Shown here in pieces: positions 30,260 to 39,109 of a stretch of DNA of 64,000 nt (positions within the stretch are counted from its first letter, which is position 1; each line of letters starts with the position of its first letter). Origin of the DNA: an uncultured Desulfosarcina sp. Its GTDB lineage: Bacteria; Desulfobacterota; Desulfobacteria; Desulfobacterales; Desulfosarcinaceae. Location of the stretch: NCBI GenBank assembly GCA_963674945.2, contig CAXXWQ010000003.1, positions 1,568,001-1,632,000 of the forward strand, written 5' to 3'. The notes beneath the pieces were generated by a model. That model made no database searches, was not told where the DNA came from, and worked only from the letters and a program-made list of their open reading frames with translations. Made by a program: the position numbers and the translations under genes.

Positions 30260-31021
30260 ATGTTTCAACTGACTGACAAAACGGCCATCATCACAGGCGC
30301 AGGCTCTCCGCGGGGCCTTGGCCGGGCTATCGCTTTAGGGATGTCTCAGCAAGGCGCCAAAGTCGCGGTGTGCGACGTCGACCTGGAGGGGGTAGAGAAG
30401 GTGGCCGCCGAAATCCGAAAAAACGGTGGTGAGGCGTATGCCTGCCGGGTGGATGTGACCCGTCCCGATGAAATCGCAAAAATGACCGAAGACCTGCTCA
30501 AGCGTTGGGGGCACATCGACATCCTGGTGAACAATGCCGGCATTACCCAACGCACAACGGTTATGGAAATGACCGAAGAAGATTGGGACCGGGTGATCGA
30601 AGTGAACTTGAAAGGGACCTTTCTGTTCACGAAAGCCGTACTCCCAGCAATGATTTCCAAAAAATATGGCCGCATCATCAACATGGGGTCCGTCTCCGGA
30701 AAACGGGGGGGCGGTGTTTTTGGCGGAGCACATTACTCCGCTGCCAAAGGCGGCGTTCATGTCTTTGCCAAAGCACTGGCAAGGGAGGTCAGCCCGCTGG
30801 GGATTACCGTGAATTCAGTGGCACCGGGACTGATGGCTACCGATATTCGGGGTGGACTGGAAAGTCCCGAGGAGCAAGTCCGCATGTCCGCCGACATCCC
30901 CTGTCGACGGATGGGAACCCCGGAAGAGGTGGCCGCGGTGTTCTGTTTTCTCGCCTCTGACGAAGCCGCCTATATCACTGGTGAGGATATCGGTATCTCC
31001 GGTGGCGCGCACATGTATTGA
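30260..31021 (+). CDS. SDR-family oxidoreductase
   Basis: TGAGSPRGLG, LVNNAGI, YSAAK catalytic motif. Confidence 0.93.
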   Translation: MFQLTDKTAIITGAGSPRGLGRAIALGMSQQGAKVAVCDVDLEGVEKVAAEIRKNGGEAYACRVDVTRPDEIAKMTEDLLKRWGHIDILVNNAGITQRTTVMEMTEEDWDRVIEVNLKGTFLFTKAVLPAMISKKYGRIINMGSVSGKRGGGVFGGAHYSAAKGGVHVFAKALAREVSPLGITVNSVAPGLMATDIRGGLESPEEQVRMSADIPCRRMGTPEEVAAVFCFLASDEAAYITGEDIGISGGAHMY

Positions 31022-31106
31022 TGGACCGATTGTCTCTAATTTTGCGCCTGGGACAGACAAAAGCCGTCGTCAGGCGATGGGAACCTATTCCGGAAAGGCA
31101 TGACGG

Positions 31107-31952
31107 ATGAACAATCCCGTGTTGATCAGCACGGCAGCCTTTGACGGCTACGATCTGGGCACAGCCATTGCGGAGATTGCCGCGGCAGGCGCAGACGGCG
31201 TGGAAGTCGCCTTTATCGAAGGCTACACCGATCCATTTACCGAAGAGACCTTCAGCCAGGCCTATGCCGATGAGATCCGCCAGCACCTGGCGGAGCATGA
31301 CACCTCCTGCCGCTCCTTTTCAGCCCACATGGATCTGACCAAACCCAATGCCGTGGAGATTTTCAAGCGGCGGATGGCGTTCGCCCGTATGATCGGGGCG
31401 GATACGATTATCACCAATGCCGCCCCCATGGCCAAAAAAGAGGAATTCATGACCAACATACGGGAACTGGGCCAAATCGCCCGATCACTGGGCATTATGA
31501 TCGGGCTCGAAAATCCCGGCGATGGGAAGGCCAATGTGATCGATACGGCGGAGAAGGCCGGTCCGGTCATTACTGAACTTGCTCTCGACCGGGTCGTTCT
31601 GAATTACGATTTCGGCAATTTGATCTCCCACTGCTTCGAAAAGGTCAAGCCCGAAGAGGATTATCGTCTCGCACTGCCGCAAACGGGACATTACCATATA
31701 AAAGACGTAGCACCATATGAACATGGCTGGGTATTCACAGCCATCGGAGACGGCATGATCGATTATGGGACCGTCCTCTCCGCCATTGCTCAGGATAAAC
31801 GAGAATTGAGTGTATCGCTGGAAATTCCGCTGCGCCTGAAAAGGGCTTCCGATGCCCGCCCCATCCGTTCCGAGGCGCCGGTAGCGCTGGAAACCATTCG
31901 CGAGGTGCTACGACGATCCATGAAATTTGTCCGTCAGGCCATGGCCGTCTGA
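31107..31952 (+). CDS. Sugar phosphate isomerase/epimerase (xylose-isomerase-like TIM barrel)
   Basis: GLENPG, NYDFGN, YHIKD, IGDGMIDY, SLEIP metal-binding pattern. Confidence 0.82.
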   Translation: MNNPVLISTAAFDGYDLGTAIAEIAAAGADGVEVAFIEGYTDPFTEETFSQAYADEIRQHLAEHDTSCRSFSAHMDLTKPNAVEIFKRRMAFARMIGADTIITNAAPMAKKEEFMTNIRELGQIARSLGIMIGLENPGDGKANVIDTAEKAGPVITELALDRVVLNYDFGNLISHCFEKVKPEEDYRLALPQTGHYHIKDVAPYEHGWVFTAIGDGMIDYGTVLSAIAQDKRELSVSLEIPLRLKRASDARPIRSEAPVALETIREVLRRSMKFVRQAMAV

Positions 31953-31975
31953 CGAACCGCTAAAAAGGAGTTCTC

Positions 31976-32980
31976 ATGCAAAGAATAATCAACGACCCCA
32001 ATCAAGTTGTCGAGGACATGCTGAAGGGATTTGTCCAATGTCATGCCGATCTGGTCTCTCCCACCGGCAACCCGAGGGTATTGAAATACAAGAATGCGCC
32101 GGTTGCCGGAAAGGTGGGCATCGTGACCGGGGGCGGCTCCGGACACAAACCGGCGTTCATCGGATACATCGGCAAAAACATGGTCGATGCCGTTGCCGCG
32201 GGAGAGATATTTTCATCACCATCTGCAAGGGCTTTTTACGACGCCTTCAAGGCGGCCGATGCCGGCAAGGGGGTGGCTTGTTTATATGGCAACTACGCCG
32301 GGGACAACATGAACGTAAAAATGGCCATGGAGCTTGCCGAGGATGACGGAATCCGGGTCAAGACCGTTGTTGCCAACGACGATGTTCCTTCGGCCCCGAA
32401 AAATGAACGGGAAAAGCGGCGGGGCGTCGCCGGTGAAGTTCTCATGTGGAAGGTGGGTGGTGCCAAGGCGGCCCTGGGCGGTGACCTGGATGAAGTGATC
32501 GCTGCGGCGCAAAAAGCGATTGACAACACGCGTAGCATCGGCATCGGTCTGACGCCCTGTACCATTCCCGCCGTCGGTCATCCCAACTTTTCCATCGAGC
32601 CGGGAAAAATGGAGGTCGGTATCGGACATCATGGGGAACCCGGTATCGAAGTGAGGGATATCAAACGTGCGGATGAGATGGCTGCGATAATGGTGGATAC
32701 GGTTCTCCCGGATTTGCCGTTTATCGAGAACGATGAAGTCGTCGTCCTCGTCTCCGGCCTCGGCGCCACACCCGTTATGGAGCTGTACATCCTGTTCAAC
32801 AAAGTCGCCGAAATTCTCAAAGACAAGCGGATCAAGATTCATCGGTCCTATGTGGGGAATTATTTTACTTCTCTTGAGATGATGGGCGTCACCCTGACCG
32901 TCATGAAACTCGATGACGAACGAAAGAAACTGGTGGATATGGAAGCCGATTCCATGGGGCTCAAACAGTTCAAGGAGTAA
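31976..32980 (+). CDS. dhaK: Dihydroxyacetone/erythrulose kinase, DhaK subunit
   Basis: TGGGSGHKPAF, NYAGDNMN, RRGVAG, GIGHHGEPG, TSLEM. Confidence 0.9.
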   Translation: MQRIINDPNQVVEDMLKGFVQCHADLVSPTGNPRVLKYKNAPVAGKVGIVTGGGSGHKPAFIGYIGKNMVDAVAAGEIFSSPSARAFYDAFKAADAGKGVACLYGNYAGDNMNVKMAMELAEDDGIRVKTVVANDDVPSAPKNEREKRRGVAGEVLMWKVGGAKAALGGDLDEVIAAAQKAIDNTRSIGIGLTPCTIPAVGHPNFSIEPGKMEVGIGHHGEPGIEVRDIKRADEMAAIMVDTVLPDLPFIENDEVVVLVSGLGATPVMELYILFNKVAEILKDKRIKIHRSYVGNYFTSLEMMGVTLTVMKLDDERKKLVDMEADSMGLKQFKE

Positions 32981-32985
32981 CGACG

Positions 32986-33627
32986 ATGCAAACGTTTTCC
33001 AACCAGGATGGTAAAGCGGTCGTCGAAGCGATCATTAAGGTCATTCAGGACAATACCGCGTTTCTCAGTGAAATTGATGGTGCCATCGGTGATGGAGACC
33101 ATGGTGTCAACATGAACAAAGGCGTCACCATGGCAAAAGAACAGCTGGCGGATCAGGACTTTGATTTTACCAGTGGAATCAAAGTGGTCAGCGATGTGAT
33201 GATGAACGACATCGGCGGATCGATGGGGCCTTTGTACGGCATGTTTTTCCGGCAGATGTTTCGTGTTATCCGTAACCGGGAAACGATTGACGGAGAAGTA
33301 TTCAAGGAGATGCTGAACCGTGCCCTCGCGTCCTTGAAAGACCTCGGCGGCGCGAAAGTGGGGGATAAAACCCTTCTGGATACCCTCGATCCGGCCGTAG
33401 CTGCATTTTCGGATCAGTTTGACAGGGGGCAGGATTTTTTCTCCGCCCTGGAAGCCATGAAGGTCGCTGCTGAAAAGGGAAAGGACTCCACGGTGGACCT
33501 GGTTGCGAAAGTCGGCCGGTCCAGCCGGCTGGGAGAACGCTCCAGAGGGGTTCTGGATGCGGGGGCCACCTCCTGCTGGCTGATTCTGGGCGCCATGGCC
33601 GATACGATCCTGTCCGTGGCGAAATAG
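32986..33627 (+). CDS. dhaL: Dihydroxyacetone/erythrulose kinase, DhaL subunit
   Basis: IGDGDHG, GGSMGPLYG, GDKTLLD, GRSSRLGERS.G..DAGA. Confidence 0.9.
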   Translation: MQTFSNQDGKAVVEAIIKVIQDNTAFLSEIDGAIGDGDHGVNMNKGVTMAKEQLADQDFDFTSGIKVVSDVMMNDIGGSMGPLYGMFFRQMFRVIRNRETIDGEVFKEMLNRALASLKDLGGAKVGDKTLLDTLDPAVAAFSDQFDRGQDFFSALEAMKVAAEKGKDSTVDLVAKVGRSSRLGERSRGVLDAGATSCWLILGAMADTILSVAK

Positions 33628-33719
33628 TCGATCCTTTTTTTCGTTGGATGATTGTGCATCAACGATTTGATCCGGTGCGAGAAGAATGGAAAAGAGCACC
33701 GGCGGTAAAGGAGTCTGGT

Positions 33720-34163
33720 ATGAAGAAAATCGCCTTGGGCAGTGACCCCAATGCTGCCGGGTTAAAGGAAATACTGAAAAAGCGGATCACCGAACTGGGA
33801 TACGAGTGGGAAGACTATGGCAGTGATGATCCGATTTATGCCAATGTCGCCTTTGATGTAGCCCATGCGGTTGCATCCGGGAAGCATGAACGGGGGATCC
33901 TGATGTGCGGCACCGGTATCGGCATGTGCATCGCGGCCAACAAGGTTCCAGGGGTTCGAGCAGCATTGTGCTCTGACGTTTACTCCGCCGAGCGGGCTGT
34001 CAAAAGCAACAATGCAAACATTATGACGCTGGGCGAGCAGGTGACCGGGTCTGAGCTTGCGAAGTCCCTGGTGAAGGTTTGGCTGGAATCACGGTATGAA
34101 ACAGGGACGAGGTCGGAACCAAAGGTGAATCGGATTGATGAATACGATCAGGATCGAAAATAA
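33720..34163 (+). CDS. rpiB: RpiB/LacAB-family sugar-phosphate isomerase (ribose-5-P or erythrulose-4-P isomerase)
   Basis: IALGSD, GILMCGTGIGMCIAANKVPGVRAA, SNNAN; AAGGAG RBS. Confidence 0.85.
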   Translation: MKKIALGSDPNAAGLKEILKKRITELGYEWEDYGSDDPIYANVAFDVAHAVASGKHERGILMCGTGIGMCIAANKVPGVRAALCSDVYSAERAVKSNNANIMTLGEQVTGSELAKSLVKVWLESRYETGTRSEPKVNRIDEYDQDRK

Positions 34164-34189
34164 GGAATTGGCAATGTTGATTATTGCGG

Positions 34190-34382
34190 TAACAGCTTGT
34201 CCTTGGGACCGGGTGAGCAGGCGGAAAAGTCGGCGTCTATGCGGACCCTTGAAGCATTGTATAAGAAGCGGAAACGCGCTGGGGAACCAGCCCGATTCGA
34301 TCAAGTAACCTGTATTATCGATGACCGCATAGCAGCAGTTCCGGCGGATTTGGATGTCGATTCCGATAAAATTGTTAACCAT
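34190..34382 (-). pseudogene. Truncated DUF429-like RNase-H-fold nuclease gene ending the defence operon
   Basis: ATG 4 nt after the res stop; MVNNFIGIDIQIRRNCCYAVIDNTG..IESGW has the N-terminal hGhD pattern of this fold, then loses protein-like character after about 35 codons. Confidence 0.5.
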
Positions 34383-34386
34383 TTGA

Positions 34387-37300
34387 TTAGTGAACCATCG
34401 CGCTGAACAACTTACCAAGATAATGGTCCTTATCCTCACTCATAAACAGGACATGATTATCTTCAAATTCCTGGCTGGTCAGCCCCCATTCCAGCTCTTT
34501 TTGCTTGGTCAAGGAAAGAATAAAGCTGTTCAATATAACCGTCGGATCGCCAAGGCGTTTTTCGATCTCTTTGATAGTCTTATGAAATTCGATCTTCTTG
34601 CTCCCAGGCCCTTCCTGGCGAAGACCGTGGGGCTCTATAAAAGATATGTATTGTTTCTCGTTCTCAACCATCCACAAGATAAAATCCGGATAAAAGCTGC
34701 CAGCTTCAAAAAAGCCAACACCCTTACCCCTACTTAAATTGCGCAGCAGGTAAATTTCCTGGTCTTTTTCTTTAAATTGGGTTTCTCGATCCATGCAATA
34801 TTCATGAAGCGCCATGACAAATTTATACTCACTCTCATTTAGAGCCACGGGAGAGACCTTGATAGAGGATCCTTTGCTGATGTGAAAAAGAGGTTCATAT
34901 AAATGGGTGTCGAATCTATGCGCATGAATATGACCAATTTTTAACGGCTTATTTTGCGGCTTTTTCAAATCATCTCGTATATTCTGAATATCCTCAATTA
35001 GCTTTCTCTCCGAAGCATCGACGATGAATTGATAACCATCGGCTTCATCCGGAAAATTGTCGTCGGTCTTATCCAACTCTCGGATTTCAAGGCGGGGTTC
35101 GATAAAAGCCCGGTGGTTCAGGTCGTAGAAGCGGTCACAATAGCGTTTCATCAGCTCTGTGGCGATTTGTTGCCATAATGGCACATTGCCATAACGAGTG
35201 GCAGCCATATTATCTGATGGAATGAGCAGCGTATACCAATCGGACGCTTTTAATAGATCGAGGATTCCGGCTTTTGATATGTTCAGGTTGTGCCTTCCCC
35301 TGAGCCGCTTGTATTGTTCCAGTTCAAAAAACAGATCGTCTGTATTCAGAAAGCTGAGGTGGGTTTGGGTCAATACGGCCGTTTCCTTTGTGCTTTCCTG
35401 CTTTTTCCCCTTTGACTGAACTGTTTGAATGCGCGGATACCAATCAGATTCCACGTTGATTCGGGCATGAAGATCTTTTTGGTCACCAAGTGTCGGCACC
35501 GATCCATCATTTTTAAAGCTGTACTCCTGACCATCATCGCGCTTTTTCTTGGGTCGGACGATCTTCAGTTTTTTGCCGACTCCATAGGTAATATTAAGCG
35601 GAACCTTGAAGATTTCCTTTCGTTCGTTGCCGGGAAGCCCTTCTTCCTTGAGAAAATCTTTGAACCGTTGCATAAAATCCGCTTTGATCCCAAAAACATT
35701 CAGGCGTTCAAGGTCATCGATGTGCGCCGGCTTTTTGAAAATTCGTACGTGACCGCTCCGTTTCAGGCTCCAGTCGTAGCCTTTGAGGCGAACGCCCCTG
35801 CCGAACAACTGAATAATCTGAGCCCCTTCGCTTTTTCCCACATGCATCAACCCCATCGTGCTCACGCGCCAACAGTCCCACCCTTCAACGAATTTTTTTG
35901 ATCCGATGAGCACGTTAATGGGCGAGCTGGATTCATTGACCGTCGCGAACATCGCGCTTGAAAAATCGCTCTCGGCGATGCTGACATCAATGCGTGCTTT
36001 TTTCACATTTTTGCAAAGCCCAAGGGCATCTCCCACATTGATCAACCCAAAAGGCTCCTCGGCGGTCCCTACATACATCGCAATTTCACCACTATCGCCC
36101 TTGATGCGATCCAATCTCAGGCGTCCGCCACCCGGGCAATTAAAAAGCCGCAGCAAAATGTCACGATAGATGGTGCTGCCGGTTTCGGTGCCTGAGCTTA
36201 CCTGTTCGGTCAAATAAACAAAGGAACCTGAGAAAATGTCGTTTCCGTTTTCATCAAGCAATCCCGTATCTTTCCCGGCTTGGAAGATGATGTTTTCAAT
36301 GATTTGGGTAAAATCTTGGGGCTGTCCCAAAAAGTTGGACAAAAACTCAATTATTTTGGCCACATCGGAAGCAACGGTTTTCTCATCCTTGGAACCTGTG
36401 GCCTTGACCACGCTTGATCCGACAAATACCCAAAGCGGTTTTTCGATGTTAAAGGGAAGCAGTTCGGCTTTCTTTTGCTCGTAAATCCGTAGTTGCTGGT
36501 AAAACTTGAGCAGACAGGCAGTCAGATATGTAGCCTGGGCTTGTTTAAATCCTTTGCTCAGATTCAGGATATGATAGTCCTTGCCAAAGCCGTCTTCGTA
36601 AAACCAGCGGTAGGAGTAGTCAAACAGGGTACACCTGGCATAGCTGTTCTCGATCTTTTTATCTTTGGAAGCAGTCACCGACTGGGCGAAGGTGGCAGAA
36701 TATTCAATGGTGAAGCCCCTTTCACACAGCATATTGCGTCGGGTGAACCAGGCCCCTTCCTCCTTGCCGCTCATTCCACGATGCCCCTCGTCAACCAAAA
36801 GCAAGTTTTCTCCACCCAGGTTGCGCGTGGCTTCGGTATTGGGGCCGGCGCTGTCCGCCAGTTTGGTAATTTCCATTACGTCGACCCGTCTGAGTCGTGT
36901 ATCCGATGTCATAAAAAGGGCATCCCGACCCGGTATATAACGTTGGGCATGGATGCCGCTTTGGCGAAATTCCTTTAAATGCTGTTCACTCAGCCGCTCA
37001 TTAGGGGTCAGCAGGATCACCCGGGACAGCTCGCTTTCACGTCCTGCGCGTTTGGCATAATGCCTGAACTGGAGCAGATTAACGTGCATGATCAAGGTTT
37101 TGCCGCTGCCGGTGGCATTTTGAAAGCAAAGCTTGTTCAGGTCATCCAAGGCAAAAGGCTCAATATCCTCAAACGCATCCCAATGGTCATTGAATTGCTT
37201 TAGAAATCCATTCAGATCATCCAGCAAGGCAAGTGGATCAGTAAAATAACGGTCCAGATAGATTTCGGTGAATAGCAGCGTCAGCCATTGAAAGTATTTC

Positions 37301-37638
37301 CAGATCACGGGTCGGCTGCGTTTTTCGTTGATGGCAAGGGTGTGGCGACCGATGTTATCCTCGTAAATCCGCAGTTGCTCCCGAGTCATTACCGGCAGGG
37401 ATAAATCAAGGGCATTGGCCAGGTTGAAAAAAAATTTATGGGTATTGCTCGCGTCCATTCCCTCCAAAAGCGGGTCACGGATCGACTCGGCCAATATATG
37501 GAAGGGACGCATCTTTTTTCCGCCATCATCCTTGTACGCAACAAACGGATCGACGCCGAACAGGCTGATCAGCCACTGGTTCAGAATAAGCTTGTCTTTG
37601 AAATGATGCCGTTTGGGACCGTTTGATCGTTTTGCCAT
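34387..37638 (-). CDS. res: Type III restriction endonuclease Res subunit (SF2 helicase-like plus nuclease)
   Basis: NATGSGKT, LLVDEGH, EYSAT, EGWD, Q.FGRGVR, C-terminal FYPDFILW..FIEPHG PD-(D/E)xK-like motif. Confidence 0.9.
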   Translation of the reverse strand: MAKRSNGPKRHHFKDKLILNQWLISLFGVDPFVAYKDDGGKKMRPFHILAESIRDPLLEGMDASNTHKFFFNLANALDLSLPVMTREQLRIYEDNIGRHTLAINEKRSRPVIWKYFQWLTLLFTEIYLDRYFTDPLALLDDLNGFLKQFNDHWDAFEDIEPFALDDLNKLCFQNATGSGKTLIMHVNLLQFRHYAKRAGRESELSRVILLTPNERLSEQHLKEFRQSGIHAQRYIPGRDALFMTSDTRLRRVDVMEITKLADSAGPNTEATRNLGGENLLLVDEGHRGMSGKEEGAWFTRRNMLCERGFTIEYSATFAQSVTASKDKKIENSYARCTLFDYSYRWFYEDGFGKDYHILNLSKGFKQAQATYLTACLLKFYQQLRIYEQKKAELLPFNIEKPLWVFVGSSVVKATGSKDEKTVASDVAKIIEFLSNFLGQPQDFTQIIENIIFQAGKDTGLLDENGNDIFSGSFVYLTEQVSSGTETGSTIYRDILLRLFNCPGGGRLRLDRIKGDSGEIAMYVGTAEEPFGLINVGDALGLCKNVKKARIDVSIAESDFSSAMFATVNESSSPINVLIGSKKFVEGWDCWRVSTMGLMHVGKSEGAQIIQLFGRGVRLKGYDWSLKRSGHVRIFKKPAHIDDLERLNVFGIKADFMQRFKDFLKEEGLPGNERKEIFKVPLNITYGVGKKLKIVRPKKKRDDGQEYSFKNDGSVPTLGDQKDLHARINVESDWYPRIQTVQSKGKKQESTKETAVLTQTHLSFLNTDDLFFELEQYKRLRGRHNLNISKAGILDLLKASDWYTLLIPSDNMAATRYGNVPLWQQIATELMKRYCDRFYDLNHRAFIEPRLEIRELDKTDDNFPDEADGYQFIVDASERKLIEDIQNIRDDLKKPQNKPLKIGHIHAHRFDTHLYEPLFHISKGSSIKVSPVALNESEYKFVMALHEYCMDRETQFKEKDQEIYLLRNLSRGKGVGFFEAGSFYPDFILWMVENEKQYISFIEPHGLRQEGPGSKKIEFHKTIKEIEKRLGDPTVILNSFILSLTKQKELEWGLTSQEFEDNHVLFMSEDKDHYLGKLFSAMVH

Positions 37639-37641
37639 GCG

Positions 37642-38085
37642 TTAGGTATCCTGCGATTGAATCGCGTTTAGAACTTTTAACTTGAGCGCTTCGTTGTCTT
37701 CATCGCCGTTTATAATGGCACTGATAATTTCCTTGAGCAGCTCTTTATCAATATTTCCCGCCGCAACATGGTAGCTGATATTTTCCATTTCCCTGAGAAA
37801 CTTGGTGGCAATGAACACATAGCCGTTGTGGAGCAAAAACTGGGCACCCAAGGAAAGCGCCAACCGCTTGTTGCCGTCCTGAAAGCAATGAAATTTATTG
37901 GTACTGAAAAACAGATGGGTGAGTTTATCCTCGAAACTGGGGTAATAGTCGTCATTTTGAATGTGGGCTAAAACGCTTTCCAACTTGGCGAGGTCAAGAT
38001 GGCCAATAATACCGCCACCGCTGACCTCAACGGTCCGTTGATGCACGTCGATGGCCTGCTCGATGGTGAGATAGACAATCGCCAT
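37642..38085 (-). CDS. doc: Death-on-curing (Doc)-type Fic-fold toxin
   Basis: YLTIEQAIDVH, HCFQDGNKR motif; 147 aa. Confidence 0.88.
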   Translation of the reverse strand: MAIVYLTIEQAIDVHQRTVEVSGGGIIGHLDLAKLESVLAHIQNDDYYPSFEDKLTHLFFSTNKFHCFQDGNKRLALSLGAQFLLHNGYVFIATKFLREMENISYHVAAGNIDKELLKEIISAIINGDEDNEALKLKVLNAIQSQDT

Positions 38086-38088
38086 GGC

Positions 38089-39108
38089 TTACCGGTCCTT
38101 CAGCCGTTTCATCACATCCTGGGCGTCTTCGAGGCGTTCCTGCAACTCCTTGCTCTTTTCACCCAGGAAGCGTTCAAAATCCTCGGCCCGGATCGGTGCG
38201 ATATACTCCTCAAGCTGTTTATGCAGTGCATCTCGAAAAGCCAGGTCACGGCTGGCCATTTTGTTGCGTGCGCTTTCAACCAGAGGTTTCCAGAGGGGTT
38301 GAGATTCAAATTCTTCAAACAGCGCATCGACCTCCCATGAGTTCAGCTTGCGACCTTTCTTTTCCGATTCAGATCGAAGGGCATCGGCAAAGCCGTATTC
38401 ATAGGCGGCCACAAGGTCCAGGACTTCCGCGTAGAACGTGTCCCGCACCTTTTCCTTTTCCTTGAGTTTTAGTATTTTTCGGTATTCCTTGGCCTTTTCA
38501 CGAAAAATGCTGATATAAATTTTATCCGTATACAGGGGGTATTTGAAATTTCCCATATCTACGTAATTCTTTAAGGCATCCGTGAATTGCCGGCGATAAT
38601 TTTCGCCCTGAAACCATGCGATAAGAAATCCTTCATCGCGCTGGTTGATGTACTTTGTGCCACCACCGGTACGTTGATTGATGGTGTCGATAACGATGTC
38701 CAATATCATCTGGCGCAGCAACCGTGCTCGTTCACCCTCGGTAATCAGCATGGCCAGATTAAGGAATGCCCGAAAATCGAAAACGCCCAATTGAGGTGTT
38801 TTTATGTTAACGAAACCAATTTCGTTAACATCCTGCTCCGAAACTGCCTTTTTAAAATTTTTCAAACGGTTACCACGCAGTACCGCATAACCGTTCTGTC
38901 GCAGTTCATCTCCAAATTTTTCGATATAATTATCGATAGTCCGGGTTGTAACCTCGAAAAACGTTGCCACCTGCTCTTTGACAACCACGGTTTTTCCCTC
39001 AAAAGGGATGCCTTTGATGCGGGAAGCTTTCTCGATTTCCTGTAGGGCATAAGGATTATTGAGGATATTCTGCCGGTCCACCATCGAGTTGGTCAGGTCT
39101 TTGGCCAT
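38089..39108 (-). CDS. 339-aa putative DNA-binding protein / candidate Doc antitoxin
   Basis: Start MAKDLTNS 1 nt after the mod stop; HTH-like EQVATFFEVTTRTIDNY; C-terminal amphipathic helix ending VMKRLKDR; 3 nt before the doc start. Confidence 0.75.
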   Translation of the reverse strand: MAKDLTNSMVDRQNILNNPYALQEIEKASRIKGIPFEGKTVVVKEQVATFFEVTTRTIDNYIEKFGDELRQNGYAVLRGNRLKNFKKAVSEQDVNEIGFVNIKTPQLGVFDFRAFLNLAMLITEGERARLLRQMILDIVIDTINQRTGGGTKYINQRDEGFLIAWFQGENYRRQFTDALKNYVDMGNFKYPLYTDKIYISIFREKAKEYRKILKLKEKEKVRDTFYAEVLDLVAAYEYGFADALRSESEKKGRKLNSWEVDALFEEFESQPLWKPLVESARNKMASRDLAFRDALHKQLEEYIAPIRAEDFERFLGEKSKELQERLEDAQDVMKRLKDR

Positions 39109-39109
39109 C

